From an uncultured delta proteobacterium (GTDB lineage: Bacteria; Desulfobacterota; RBG-13-43-22): a DNA stretch of 16,907 nucleotides. Made by a program: the position numbers and the translations under genes. This document shows, piece after piece, positions 16,453-16,907 of the stretch; the stretch's first letter is position 1; each line of letters starts with the position of its first letter. The notes under the pieces are model-generated. The model was not told the DNA's origin, made no database searches, and saw nothing but the letters and a program-made list of their open reading frames with translations. Where the stretch lies: the NCBI GenBank assembly GCA_963711835.1, contig CAVQFQ010000003.1, positions 1 through 16,907 of the forward strand, in the 5' to 3' direction.

Positions 16453-16907
16453 TTATGAATCACATATGGGGACAATTGGATTAATTGGACCGAATTCCTG
16501 GATAATATTTCCCCGGTATTTAAAATCAGCCTTGCTGTCTTCAACCATCTTGAATATCCTCATATTATGAGCTCTATGCATATTCTTTGGATATATGACC
16601 TCAGGCCCCTGAGGGGAATTAAACTTGACTTGTGGAATCGCTTTAATAACCTTGTCTTTATCAACGCTTCCGGCTTTCTCAACTGCTAGCTTATACAGCC
16701 ATACAGTGGTATAGCACCCTTCCCCATGCGCCGTGACCATTACCGGCCCTGGCCTTCCCTTGTATTGTTCGGGATATTTCCGCTTCATATTTTGAAGAAG
16801 TCCTTTGTTTTCTGGGGTATTTATTGACATTGTATAGGGAGAGCAAACGATGGTGTCCGATGCAGCCTCCCCAATTGACTCAGCATAAGTTTCTGACATG
16901 ATAGGGC
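16453..16907 (-). CDS. C-terminal part of a UrtA/AmiC/Liv-type ABC transporter substrate-binding protein; 5' end lies outside the window
   Basis: The frame is open to the window edge. 'YTMSINTPENK', 'EGCYTTVWLYKLAVEKAGSVDKDKV' and 'FNSPQG' match the type I periplasmic binding proteins of the urea/amide class. Confidence 0.8.
   Translation of the reverse strand, partial: PIMSETYAESIGEAASDTIVCSPYTMSINTPENKGLLQNMKRKYPEQYKGRPGPVMVTAHGEGCYTTVWLYKLAVEKAGSVDKDKVIKAIPQVKFNSPQGPEVIYPKNMHRAHNMRIFKMVEDSKADFKYRGNIIQEFGPINPIVPICDS

Overview
Bacterial window, probably from an anaerobic Deltaproteobacterium/Desulfobacterota-type genome (inferred from gene content), with three blocks. (1) 1-3674: the 3' end of a Cys-rich (CCG-type) Fe-S protein, then a sigma70-like promoter and a clear c-di-AMP (ydaO/yuaA) riboswitch. 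Its pseudoknot appears to cover the RBS of an 87-aa ORF that is ATGA-coupled to a KimA/YdaO-like K+ permease, and a stand-alone chemoreceptor-like four-helix-bundle protein follows. (2) 3706-10824: a divergent acyl-CoA cluster. Leftward are a PaaG-like crotonase, a GntR/FCD regulator and an MFS transporter. Rightward are a glutaryl-CoA-dehydrogenase-like ACAD, a PaaI thioesterase, a long ACAD and a second PaaI thioesterase, with REP/MITE-like repeats between them. (3) 10830-16907: a more AT-rich, minus-strand block with a UrtA/AmiC-like binding protein (partial), an M20 deacylase, an alpha/beta hydrolase, a RutB-like cysteine hydrolase and an amidase, plus a ~142-bp IS200/IS605-like non-autonomous element. 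All family assignments come from motif recognition and recalled sequences; no searches were run.
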